DNA of 64,000 bases from an uncultured Clostridia bacterium. Its GTDB lineage: Bacteria; Bacillota; Clostridia; Christensenellales; CAMQZB01. Below, piece by piece: positions 17,863 through 26,491 of this stretch; positions within the stretch are counted from its first letter, which is position 1, and each line of letters begins with the position of its first letter. The stretch is taken from the NCBI GenBank assembly GCA_964406735.1, contig CAYOSU010000009.1, positions 4,491 to 68,490 on the forward strand, read 5' to 3'. The position numbers and the translations under genes were made by a program. Below the pieces are notes generated by a model that was not told where the DNA came from, did no database searches, and worked only from the letters and a program-made list of their open reading frames with translations.

Positions 17863-18777
17863 TCAGCTATCGGTGTTTGTTTTTATCTCCCCGTCTTCTT
17901 TTTTCTTGGGGCGTATCTGGGAGATCAGAAGTCCCGATATTGCCAAAAGTCCGCCTGCGATGAAGGTTACGGAGAGCTCTTCGTAGCCGAAAAGCAGGGA
18001 GAATACCGCTCCGAACACCGCTTCCGTCGCCATGATGAGAGATACCTTTGTCGGTGAAAGCACCTTTTGTGCGTGGGTCTGGATTATATAGGCAACGAAG
18101 CTCGAAAGAACGCCTAAGTAAAGCACGGGGAGTATGCCGCTTGCAAAGTCAAATTCAGGGATCTTCTTGACGTCGAAAATGAGGAAGCACACTAAGAACA
18201 GTATCGCAGCCATGGACGACTGAATGAACGTTACTATCTTGGGGTCTGTGTTCTTTACAGCCTTTTCGAGGAAGATGAACTGCAACGCAAAGGACACCGC
18301 CGCTATTATCGAGTAAAAGTCGCCCGCTTTCAGGTTATTGAGAGAAAGACTTGGGATATTCAATACTAATATGCCGCCAAAGACGAGTACCGCCGCTATT
18401 ACCTCTGTTATGCGGGGCTTTACCCTGAACAAAAGCGCAAGCAAAATGGGCACGAAAACGGTATACGAGCCCGTTATCAATGCGTTATTGCCCGGCGTCG
18501 TATACGTCTGTCCCAAGACCTGAAAGAAGAAGCCTAAGGTCATGAAAAGACCAGAAACGAGCGAGGGCTTTACGTCTTCTATCGTCATCTTGGCGATTAT
18601 CTTCGGGAAGGCTATAAAGGTCAACACAGCCGCCACAGCAAAGCGGCAGAAGTTGATAAACAGCGTAGTAAAGCCGCTTTCAAGCGACTTCTCGACCATT
18701 ATAAAGCCCATGCCCCATATCATTCCGACAAGAAGCAGACCTAACGACATCGTTGTTTCTTTCTTTTTATTACCCAT
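17863..18777 (-). CDS. DMT superfamily (EamA-like) transporter
   Basis: 304 aa, about 10 TM, two-repeat architecture typical of EamA domains. Confidence 0.7.
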   Translation of the reverse strand: MGNKKKETTMSLGLLLVGMIWGMGFIMVEKSLESGFTTLFINFCRFAVAAVLTFIAFPKIIAKMTIEDVKPSLVSGLFMTLGFFFQVLGQTYTTPGNNALITGSYTVFVPILLALLFRVKPRITEVIAAVLVFGGILVLNIPSLSLNNLKAGDFYSIIAAVSFALQFIFLEKAVKNTDPKIVTFIQSSMAAILFLVCFLIFDVKKIPEFDFASGILPVLYLGVLSSFVAYIIQTHAQKVLSPTKVSLIMATEAVFGAVFSLLFGYEELSVTFIAGGLLAISGLLISQIRPKKKEDGEIKTNTDS

Positions 18778-19021
18778 TTCTCGTTCCTTGAATATTTTGT
18801 CCGTAATGCAAAAGACAATTTATTTTAACATACAAAAAAATTATTTGCAAACTTTGTCGAGTATGAAAAAATTGCGTACCCGACAAGTTTTCAAATAAAT
18901 ATGCAAGAGAAGCAACATGCTTTTATTGTCCAAAATATTGGACAATTGCCCGACAAACAGCGAAAAACTGCTTTATTTTTCGGGAAAATAAAGTAAATTC
19001 CCCCGAGAAAGCGAGTGGATT

Positions 19022-19120
19022 TTATGCAAAAACCGCACGATTTTATGCATAAAAACACTTTATTATGCAAAAGTTTTGTGCATAAATATAAGCAAAAGCA
19101 CCCTTTTTCGTGCATAAAAA
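19022..19120. repeat. cluster of five TATGCA(T)AAA motifs in an AT-rich intergenic region
   Basis: TTATGCAAAAA (19022), TTATGCATAAAAA (19043), TTATGCAAAAG (19063), TGTGCATAAAT (19077), CGTGCATAAAAA (19109). Confidence 0.6.
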
Positions 19121-19217
19121 TTTTTGGCAAAAAATTCGTTCCATCCCCTCTTTTTATTATATTTTGCGCTATTTTTATTTTGTTAACGCATTTTTCTGCC
19201 GTTAAAGCGCAGTTGAT

Positions 19218-19246
19218 TTGACAAATAGCGTTTTTTAGTGTAAAGT
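19218..19246 (+). promoter_or_regulatory. candidate promoter of the FAD-dependent oxidoreductase gene
   Basis: TTGACA, 17-nt spacer, TAAAGT. Confidence 0.5.
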
Positions 19247-19283
19247 CTTTAATGGTAAAAAATAGATTGGAGCGAGGTTTGAA

Positions 19284-20660
19284 ATGTTTGATTTTGACGT
19301 TATTATCATCGGCGCAGGTCCGGGCGGAATATTCTCCGCTTACGAGCTTAAGGATTCTAAGCTTTCCGTCGGCGTTTTTGAGGAGGGTAACTTCCTCTCG
19401 AAAAGAAAATGCCCTATCGACGGAGACAAGGTAAAGACTTGTATCAACTGCAAGACTTGCTCTATTATGTCGGGCTTCGGCGGCGCAGGCGCTTTCTCGG
19501 ACGGAAAGTATAACATCACCAACGACTTCGGCGGCTCGCTTTACGAGCACATCGGCAAGGATACCGCTTTGAAGCTTATGGAATACGTAGATGAGATCAA
19601 TATCTCGCACGGCGGTCAGGGCACGAAGCTTTATTCTACCGCAGGGTCGAGATTCTCTAAGATATGCTTGCAAAACAAGCTCAACCTCCTTAACGCAAAA
19701 GTCAGACACCTCGGAACGGACATCAACTATTACGTTCTCGAAAACCTTTTTAACGAGCTGAAAGACAAGATCACCTTCTTCTTCAACACCCCCGTTATCT
19801 CTATCGAAAAGATCGAAAACGGTTATAAGGTATTCACGAAGGATAGCTCTTATACCTGCGAAAAGTGCATCGTTTCAGTAGGTCGTTCGGGCAGCAAGTG
19901 GATGGAAAAGGTCTGCGAGGACTTGGAGCTTCCCAAAAAATCGAACAGAGTGGATATCGGCGTACGAGTCGAGCTTAACGCACAGATATTCAGCCATCTT
20001 ACCGATGAGCTTTATGAAAGCAAGATAGTTTATCGCACGGAAAAGTTCGAAGACAAGGTCAGAACGTTCTGCATGAACCCCCACGGTATCGTCGTTAACG
20101 AAAACACCAACGGCATCATCACCGTCAACGGACACAGCTTCGAGGGCGAGGACAAGAAGACGGAGAATACCAACTTTGCGCTGCTCGTTTCCAAGCACTT
20201 CTCCGAGCCGTTCAAGGACTCTAACGGCTACGGCGAGTCTATCGCAAGGCTTTCTAATATGCTCGGCGGCGGAGTTATCGTACAGCGTTTCGGCGACCTC
20301 GTCAGAGGAAGAAGAAGTACCGTTAAGCGTATCGAAGAGGGCTTAGTCAGACCTACGCTCAAGGCAACCCCCGGAGACCTCTCCCTCGTTCTTCCCAAGC
20401 GCATACTTGACGGAATCATCGAAATGATATACGCTCTCGACCACGTTGCGCCCGGTACGGCAAACGACGATACGTTGCTTTACGGCGTTGAGGTCAAGTT
20501 CTATAACATGGAGGTCGATACCGACGAGAACCTGGAGACACGCTGCAAGGGACTTTACGTTATCGGCGACGGCAGCGGCGTTACGCACTCACTCTCCCAC
20601 GCTTCGGCAAGCGGCGTCTTCGTTGCAAGGAAGATCCTTGAAGAAAAGGAAAACGCTTAA
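19284..20660 (+). CDS. FAD-dependent oxidoreductase (COG2509-like, uncharacterised)
   Basis: N-terminal dinucleotide fold DVIIIGAGPGGIFSAYEL. 458 aa. C-terminal GLYVIGDGSG motif. Confidence 0.7.
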   Translation: MFDFDVIIIGAGPGGIFSAYELKDSKLSVGVFEEGNFLSKRKCPIDGDKVKTCINCKTCSIMSGFGGAGAFSDGKYNITNDFGGSLYEHIGKDTALKLMEYVDEINISHGGQGTKLYSTAGSRFSKICLQNKLNLLNAKVRHLGTDINYYVLENLFNELKDKITFFFNTPVISIEKIENGYKVFTKDSSYTCEKCIVSVGRSGSKWMEKVCEDLELPKKSNRVDIGVRVELNAQIFSHLTDELYESKIVYRTEKFEDKVRTFCMNPHGIVVNENTNGIITVNGHSFEGEDKKTENTNFALLVSKHFSEPFKDSNGYGESIARLSNMLGGGVIVQRFGDLVRGRRSTVKRIEEGLVRPTLKATPGDLSLVLPKRILDGIIEMIYALDHVAPGTANDDTLLYGVEVKFYNMEVDTDENLETRCKGLYVIGDGSGVTHSLSHASASGVFVARKILEEKENA

Positions 20661-20672
20661 AAGAAATTTATT

Positions 20673-20702
20673 GAACCACCGAGGTTTCGGTGGTTTTTTT
20701 GT
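20673..20702 (+). terminator. rho-independent terminator
   Basis: AACCACCGA/TCGGTGGTT stem followed by T7. Confidence 0.85.
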
Positions 20703-20965
20703 TGATTGACGACACTAAGTTCAGTGGCAATTTTTCGTTTTGGAAAAAGTTGCCACTATCCCCCTTTCAAACGCTTTTTGATAGGCGAGCGTTCGTGCAA
20801 AATTATTTGAATTTCATTCATATCGTAGTTGCGATCAGTGTTTTCAAAAACCGACAAGTATTTGAATTTTATACATTTTTTGCATAAATATGTAATATTT
20901 GACGATTTTTGCTTCGAAAAAACTAATTATTAGTCGTATAAAAAGTGAAATATTTTTATTTCTAC

Positions 20966-20994
20966 TTGACAAAAGCCTAAACATTTGTTAACAT
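20966..20994 (+). promoter_or_regulatory. orphan sigma-A type promoter
   Basis: TTGACA, 17-nt spacer ending in TGT, then TAACAT (extended -10 context). Confidence 0.5.
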
Positions 20995-20999
20995 AATAA

Positions 21000-21107
21000 C
21001 GAACAGAGTTATTTTGTTCAAACTTTTAATTTGCTACTTACTACCTAAAAATACCTATCTAGTATTAAGGCGTTGGATGATTTCCGACGCTTTAATACTA
21101 TTTTTTT
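21000..21107 (+). ncRNA. candidate small RNA (orphan promoter to strong terminator, no ORF)
   Basis: 17-bp terminator stem AGTATTAAGGCGTTGGA/TCCGACGCTTTAATACT (two G-U pairs) followed by A and T7. No plus-strand gene lies downstream. No SD-led ORF inside. Confidence 0.4.
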
Positions 21108-21237
21108 GTCGATCTATGCTATAACTTTTACGCTTTTTGGCGTATCATACGCTTTTATAGGAAAGGGGTCTTTAATATGGTTGACATTATTTGAAATTTA
21201 GATCTATCCTACGCCGACGGTCGCATAAGATCAATAT

Positions 21238-22257
21238 TTATTTTAAGGTGGTGAGGAGCTCGTGGATGATCGTATGCTTGCCGTCGGTTATGTGGCTATT
21301 CTTCATGGCGGTGAGGTATTTTTGGCGGTTGGCGTATACGGCGGTGAGCTCGGCTAAAATGTCGGCGTCATTGCGGTGCAGGTGGAATATGCCTTTTTCA
21401 GCAAAGTATTCGGCGTTCTTGGTCTGTTCGCCTCGGCTTGCCTTGTTATGAAGAGGCAAGACGACGGACGGAAGACGCATTACGGCAAGCTCAAACAGCG
21501 TGCCCGAGCCGCCACGGGTAAGGCACACGTCGCTCGATGCCATATACTCCCCTACGTTCTCCGCAAACGGAAGCTCGATGTAGCCGTCCTTTTTCACCCG
21601 TTCGCCCTTTTTATCGCCGCTTATTAAAACTACGTTAAAAGAGGCGTTTATCCTCTTTAAATTAGCTTTCACGTAGTCGTTGAGCTCCTTTGCACCGAGA
21701 GATCCGCCAAGCACAAGCAGCGTCGGCTTTGCGTTATTGAAAAGCCTGCGAGGTTTGGCGTTTTTTACCTCGTCCCGAATCGGAGACGAGGTAGTTATAT
21801 ATTTTTTGCCGTTATTTTTCAGTTCGAACGATGTGAGTATCTTGATCGCAAAGGGCGCACAAAGTCTGTTCGACAGCCCCATCGTGCGGTCGGATTCGTG
21901 TATTACGACGGGAATCCCCAAACGCTTTGCCGCTATTGCTACGGGAAGCGCTACGTAGCCGCCCTTTGAAAAGACAAGGTCGGGAGAAAGCTCGGTGAGT
22001 ACGTCCGTTGCTTGCCGAACGCTTTTGAAAAGCTTTATCGGGATCGAGAGGTTGGAGGCTATTTCGCCTCGCTTCAGTTTGGTTGCGGTGATGGGATAAA
22101 ATGGTACGCCGTGTTTTGCGCACAGTCTTTCCTCTAACTTGCCGCTTTCGCCGATATAACAGACGTCGGCGTGCGTTTTCAGGTGCGGAAGCAAGGCGAA
22201 TATCGGGAAAACGTGCCCGCCACTGCCGCCGCCTGTTGCTACTATTCTCATACTCAA
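21238..22257 (-). CDS. murG: undecaprenyldiphospho-muramoylpentapeptide beta-N-acetylglucosaminyltransferase (GT28)
   Basis: IVATGGGSGGHVFP N-terminal G-loop, HESDRTMGLSNR, and C-terminal RGGSGTLFELA. Confidence 0.8.
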   Translation of the reverse strand: MSMRIVATGGGSGGHVFPIFALLPHLKTHADVCYIGESGKLEERLCAKHGVPFYPITATKLKRGEIASNLSIPIKLFKSVRQATDVLTELSPDLVFSKGGYVALPVAIAAKRLGIPVVIHESDRTMGLSNRLCAPFAIKILTSFELKNNGKKYITTSSPIRDEVKNAKPRRLFNNAKPTLLVLGGSLGAKELNDYVKANLKRINASFNVVLISGDKKGERVKKDGYIELPFAENVGEYMASSDVCLTRGGSGTLFELAVMRLPSVVLPLHNKASRGEQTKNAEYFAEKGIFHLHRNDADILAELTAVYANRQKYLTAMKNSHITDGKHTIIHELLTTLK

Positions 22258-22335
22258 AGTATATGAATCGGCGGCGTTTTTATGTTACGGTTGGCGGGGA
22301 GGTTTTTTAGTTAGGGACTTTGATTTTAGGGCGTA

Positions 22336-22518
22336 GGTACGCTGCCCGAGATTCCTAAATAGCGATGCATTGCGCTTTAGATTCAGCGGGGCAGCGTGCG
22401 GAGCGGTGGATTCTATCGGAGTTTGAGGGAATAGTTAGGTTTTGACAATCCCTCAGTCGTCTTCGACGACAGCTCCCTTTACACAAAGGAGCCTTTCATA
22501 TGGTTTGCGTTATTATTA
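22336..22518 (+). repeat. mosaic intergenic repeat, locus 2 (module A + core B)
   Basis: ACGCTGCCCGAGATTCCTAAATAGCG...CGGGGCAGCGTGCGGAGCGGTGG...TTGACAATCCCTCAGTCGTCTTCGACGACAGCTCCCTTTACACAAAGGAGCCTTTCATATGGTTTGC. Confidence 0.9.
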
Positions 22519-22550
22519 GAAAAAGACCCGAGATTCGGGTCTTTTGGGTT
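22519..22550. terminator. bidirectional terminator-like hairpin abutting the repeat
   Basis: AAAAAGACCCGAGATTCGGGTCTTTTGGG. Nearly identical hairpin at 63662-63691. Confidence 0.6.
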
Positions 22551-22735
22551 TCATAAGCTTTTACGGTTATGTTTGAGATTTTCAAATTTTATTGTGTGAT
22601 AATTGTTTTGAGTTTTATTGTGCTTTTGGAGTGTGTTTTATTGATTTTTCTTTCTTTTTATCAAAAGGTTTTGAAAGGGTCTTAGGGCAAACTTTTTTCT
22701 TCAGAAAAGTTTGCCCTAAAAATAATATTTTATAG

Positions 22736-22761
22736 TAAAAAGACCCTGTTCAGGGTCTTTT
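22736..22761 (-). terminator. rho-independent terminator downstream of the SipL-like gene
   Basis: Minus strand reads AAGACCCTGAACAGGGTCTT followed by T5. Confidence 0.65.
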
Positions 22762-22853
22762 ATGAAATATTGAGTACTTGATTTTTTGTTCTGTTTTTTT
22801 ATCAGCACTCGCTATTAAACTATTTATTATGTTTTGATTGTTTTGAATAATTT

Positions 22854-22874
22854 TTATTCAGGCAAACGTTGGCG
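22854..22874. repeat. duplicate of the last 21 nt of the SipL-like gene (22959-22979)
   Basis: TTATTCAGGCAAACGTTGGCG occurs identically at both sites, with diverged similarity for about 20 nt beyond. Confidence 0.85.
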
Positions 22875-22958
22875 TTAGCAACTATGCGGTTGTCATATCA
22901 AGTGAGTTAAGTTCTGTTACGCTATCGCCTCGTTTGAGTTCATATCGCCTTGACTTTG

Positions 22959-24452
22959 TTATTCAGGCAAACGTTGGCGGTAGAGGACTATCCTAGCGGA
23001 TGGGTCGAGCGGGTAGGTCAAGGACTGTTGAGCGGCTATCTCGTCGGGCGTCATATTGACGGCTCTTGCCAAGTCTATTTCGCTTTCGCCGCCCTTTGCG
23101 ATATAGACGACTATCGCCTTGACGTCCGTCGGTTTCTCTTCCCCCGTTTCAAGCGAAGTTATGAGCGAGACGGTGTCGCTTGTGAGGGCGTAGAGCGTTA
23201 CCCTCGCTTTGACAAATGCGGTTACGCTGTCAGCCCCTGCCGTTACGCTCGACGAGACCGTCGAGAGCCTTGCGACATATTCCCTATCCGCTCCGTCGGT
23301 CGGGACGGTTACCGTTATCGGGACGTCGAGTTCTCTCGCTATGTAGCTGCCGTCGACGTTTATTATCGACGAGACCGTCGCCAAGACGTCGGCATCGACG
23401 CTTTGGGGGAGCGTCGTGAGATTTATTAGCTCCGTCTTCGTGCCTAGTGCCGCTACGACGCCTTCCAAGTCCTCGACTGTGTACGTTGCATTATCCGAGC
23501 CCTCGACCGACAGCGTGCCGTCAAGACTATTGAAGCCTACCACCTCGTATGAGGGCAAAAGCTCGTATTTTTTGCTGAATACTTCAGTTACGACCGAAGT
23601 TTCGTCCGTCTTGAGTACAGCCGCAACAAGGGCAAATTCGCACCTTATATCGACCGTGCCGTCGCTTTCGTCAACGCTTGTGAACGTAAGCTTGCTATGA
23701 GGGAATACCATTACGCTGTCCGCCTCTTCTGTTGCCGCTATTTCGAGGCTTTCTTTGACGTTGAAGCGTTTTTCTACCGTTTTAAGCTCGTTACCCTCGG
23801 CGGTAGTTTTATATGTTATCCTGGCTAAAATTTCGCCGCTTAGCTCTATTCCGTCAGTCTTTGCGCTACCCTCTTCCGCCGTAAACTCCGCTTCCGCTGC
23901 CAAGACGCTCTCTAAGTCAGCTATCCCCTCAACGCTTTCTTCAAACGAGAGGTCGAAGCGGCTTATTTTGGCGTTTTTCAGATATTTCAGGTCGCACTTT
24001 TTGGCGTATGCGCCGTCTACATCGGTCAATGCCTCGCACTCGCCGCTTTCAAATATCAAGCCGTTTACCGTGTAATCAAGCTGCAAGGTCAAGTCCTCGC
24101 CGACTATTTTATCTATCGCCAAGTCGTCAAGAACGCAACGTAATATTACGCCGTCGCTTTGCTTTATGCCGTCGATATTGAGCGTTTTGGACACGCTTCC
24201 GCTATAAGAGGAGTTCCTTATCTCCCCTTTGAGATCTACGAAAATTACGCTCGTATTGACGCCTAAGGTGTAATTTACCTCGTCTTCTCCTACCTCTACG
24301 CTCTCAACAAAAAGCGTTGCGGTCTTGTTTAAGACCTTGGAAAAGCCTACGCTCTTATTGTCCGAAAGCCTGAGGCTGACGCTCTCTTTTTTAAGCTCCC
24401 GTTCCGATACCGTTACCGTTTTCAGTCTTGAATACTCCGTCGATATTGACAT
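22959..24452 (-). CDS. DUF3794-repeat protein with C-terminal LysM-like domain (SipL/SpoVID-like spore morphogenesis protein)
   Basis: About 497 aa from ATG 24452 (AGGGGG SD); the track start at 24482 is TTG without an SD. Repetitive beta-rich body. C-terminus IVVYIAKGGESEIDLARAVNMTPDEIAAQQSLTYPLDPSARIVLYR fits the LysM pattern. Size and architecture match clostridial SipL. Confidence 0.5.
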   Translation of the reverse strand: MSISTEYSRLKTVTVSERELKKESVSLRLSDNKSVGFSKVLNKTATLFVESVEVGEDEVNYTLGVNTSVIFVDLKGEIRNSSYSGSVSKTLNIDGIKQSDGVILRCVLDDLAIDKIVGEDLTLQLDYTVNGLIFESGECEALTDVDGAYAKKCDLKYLKNAKISRFDLSFEESVEGIADLESVLAAEAEFTAEEGSAKTDGIELSGEILARITYKTTAEGNELKTVEKRFNVKESLEIAATEEADSVMVFPHSKLTFTSVDESDGTVDIRCEFALVAAVLKTDETSVVTEVFSKKYELLPSYEVVGFNSLDGTLSVEGSDNATYTVEDLEGVVAALGTKTELINLTTLPQSVDADVLATVSSIINVDGSYIARELDVPITVTVPTDGADREYVARLSTVSSSVTAGADSVTAFVKARVTLYALTSDTVSLITSLETGEEKPTDVKAIVVYIAKGGESEIDLARAVNMTPDEIAAQQSLTYPLDPSARIVLYRQRLPE

Positions 24453-24511
24453 ATTGCCCCCTGTCGCAAAATTTTTATACAATATCTTATGCGAGTAACG
24501 CTTTTTAAGAA

Positions 24512-24538
24512 CAAAAAAAGGCAGCCTGCTGGCTACCT
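24512..24538 (-). terminator. rho-independent terminator after veg
   Basis: Minus strand reads AGGTAGCCAGCAGGCTGCCT followed by T7. Confidence 0.65.
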
Positions 24539-24608
24539 TATTTTATATATAATTTGTTTCAGGATCGTCAAACGGTAAACTCAGGCGTTTTTGCCTTAAA
24601 TACACGTA

Positions 24609-24839
24609 TTATCGCTTTACGCTTATCGTAACGTCCTTGCAAGCGACTGCGGAATAGGGAAAAACGCTCGTTCCGTCAGTACTTTTCAGCGAGAACATCG
24701 ACGGGTACAGGCACTCTATTTTGCCGCACTTTGTCGAAAATCTGTTCCTGCCGCCGTTTATCTTTAACGTAACGTCTTTGCCGAGCAGTGCTTCTACGCT
24801 CTTTTTAACTTCGCTTTGGGTATATACTCTCTTTCTCAT
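24609..24839 (-). CDS. veg: Veg family protein
   Basis: 76 aa. LGKDVTLKINGGRNRFSTKCGKIECLYPSMFSL parallels B. subtilis Veg (LGKRLTLKANGGRRK...YPSVFVI). Confidence 0.8.
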   Translation of the reverse strand: MRKRVYTQSEVKKSVEALLGKDVTLKINGGRNRFSTKCGKIECLYPSMFSLKSTDGTSVFPYSAVACKDVTISVKR

Positions 24840-24900
24840 CGCTTCTCTCCTTTACTTTTAAGTATTGGGAAAGCGGTGGGTTTTTATTCAGAAAAAAGTA

Positions 24901-25368
24901 TTATTCCTCGTCGTCGAGCTCTTCTTCCTCGTCATCGTCGAGGTCGTCGAAGTTGTCGTCGTAATCGTCAAGGCTTCCGCCGAAGTCGTCATACTCCTCG
25001 TCCTCGTCTCTTTCCGAACGCTCCTCGTCCTCGAGTGCGTCGAGCGAAAGCTCTTCTTCGTCTTCGGGAACGGGGGTCTCCTTGTCGTCGTCAAGGTAAG
25101 TTCTCCACTCCTCGTCGGAATCAAGGTCGGGCTCCTTCTCGTCGAAATCGTCGATAGGCTCGCCGTCGTTTTCACGGCACGACGGGCACATATCTTCGTC
25201 GGGGAAGATGTAGTTCTTTTTGCAGATCGGGCAAAGGACCATATCCTCGTCCTCTTCGCTGTATTTGTCGGGTGCAAGCTTGAGCTCTGCCTTGCAGACA
25301 TCGCAAAGCTTCTGTCCTTCGAGAATATAATTTATCTCGCATCTCGGGCATTTAATATATTTCGCCAT
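24901..25368 (-). CDS. double zinc-ribbon protein with extremely acidic C-terminal tail
   Basis: CPRC...CDVC and CPIC...CPSC pairs in the first 65 aa. 52 of the last 90 residues are D/E. Strong promoter upstream. Confidence 0.7.
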   Translation of the reverse strand: MAKYIKCPRCEINYILEGQKLCDVCKAELKLAPDKYSEEDEDMVLCPICKKNYIFPDEDMCPSCRENDGEPIDDFDEKEPDLDSDEEWRTYLDDDKETPVPEDEEELSLDALEDEERSERDEDEEYDDFGGSLDDYDDNFDDLDDDEEEELDDEE

Positions 25369-25439
25369 ATTCTTCTCCGAAAAATATTTTTTTCTTTTTT
25401 AATCTTTCACAAAAAGTCTCTTTTTATTTTGCATAGGCT

Positions 25440-25467
25440 ATTATATCATAACTTATGTAATTGTAAA
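25440..25467 (-). promoter_or_regulatory. sigma-A type promoter of the acidic zinc-ribbon gene
   Basis: TTTACA, 16-nt spacer, TGaTATAAT (extended -10). Confidence 0.7.
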
Positions 25468-25539
25468 GTGTTTTAACCGACTTTTTGAAAAAAACACAAA
25501 TATTCTTTAATTGCTTGATATAATAATACCATTACATAG

Positions 25540-25569
25540 CAAAAAGCAAGGAAATTTCCCTGCTTTTTG
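25540..25569 (-). terminator. terminator after the RluA-family gene
   Basis: Minus strand reads AAAAGCAGGGAAATTTCCTTGCTTTTT. Confidence 0.55.
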
Positions 25570-25633
25570 AAAAAAATCATAATTTTACCGCAATTTTTTT
25601 GCGTTCCGCAAAAACGCTTGGTTTTTTCGCATT

Positions 25634-26491
25634 TTACATGCGTTTGGGGAGCATTTTTATCGAGGAAAGGCGTTCCTCGGGGCGGCTCAGCTCGAACGTC
25701 TTATGAGCAAGATACGAAAGCTCGCCCTCGGGCTCGTTGAAGCCTATCTTGTACGCTACGAGCTCCTGACGCTTTAATTTGAGCCTCTTGTTGGTCTTTA
25801 TGTCGCCGTACTTGGTATCTCCCACGATCGGATGTCCGATGTGCGCCAAGTGAGCCCTTATCTGGTGGGTCTTTCCCGTGTGGAGTATTACGTTGACGAG
25901 CGTAAATCCTATATAGCGTTCGACGACGGTATATTCCGTGAATATCATCTCTCTGCCCTGGCCCGGGAAGTCATATACCTCTACCTCGCCCTTTGCGGAG
26001 TCTTTTTTGAGATAGCCAATCAGCTTATCGGAGTCCTTTTCCATCTCGCCGACGACTACGCACATATACTCTTTTATAAGCTCTCTTCTTTCAAAGATGT
26101 CGAGAAGCTCCTCGTACGCCGTCTGGTTTTTTGCGTAAAGTATCAGGCCTTGCGTGTTGGTGTCAAGTCTATGTACCGCATGAAGCTCCTGACGAGTCGA
26201 AATGAGCTTTTCTAACAGATCGTAGGTCGAAAGTCCGAAGTCCTTATACGCAACGAGAACGTTGTTGTCTTCGTAGAAGATGTCTATCTCACGCTCTAAG
26301 TTGGTGTATATCTCTATTACGTCGCCCTCGTAAAGAATGACGTTCTCCTTTACCCTTTTGCCGTTGACCTTGACGTCCTTGTCCGTTATCATGGACATCG
26401 CCTTTGCGTAGCTTACGCCAAGGTTGGACATTATAGCCCTATCAAGCCTTACTTTTAAGTTGGTTATCTCGAGTTTTACCATATATATCAA
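25634..26491 (-). CDS. RluA family pseudouridine synthase with N-terminal S4 domain
   Basis: HRLDTNTQGLILYAKN catalytic motif. S4-like DKDVKVNGKRVKENVILYEGDVIEI. Start ambiguous (TTG 26491 or ATG 26482). Confidence 0.85.
   Translation of the reverse strand: MIYMVKLEITNLKVRLDRAIMSNLGVSYAKAMSMITDKDVKVNGKRVKENVILYEGDVIEIYTNLEREIDIFYEDNNVLVAYKDFGLSTYDLLEKLISTRQELHAVHRLDTNTQGLILYAKNQTAYEELLDIFERRELIKEYMCVVVGEMEKDSDKLIGYLKKDSAKGEVEVYDFPGQGREMIFTEYTVVERYIGFTLVNVILHTGKTHQIRAHLAHIGHPIVGDTKYGDIKTNKRLKLKRQELVAYKIGFNEPEGELSYLAHKTFELSRPEERLSSIKMLPKRM

Noticed and set aside
18891-19709. 272-aa minus-strand ORF spanning the AT-rich intergenic region and the start of the oxidoreductase gene.
   Set aside because: It overlaps the clearly real plus-strand gene 19284-20660. 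The rest is AT-rich non-coding DNA with repeated TGCATAAA motifs. No SD is present.
21061-21107. The strong hairpin read as the murG terminator rather than an sRNA terminator.
   Set aside because: Not fully rejected. On the minus strand, however, the stem is followed by AGATAGG rather than a T-run, and it lies 130 nt beyond the murG stop. The plus-strand reading (stem + T7) fits better.
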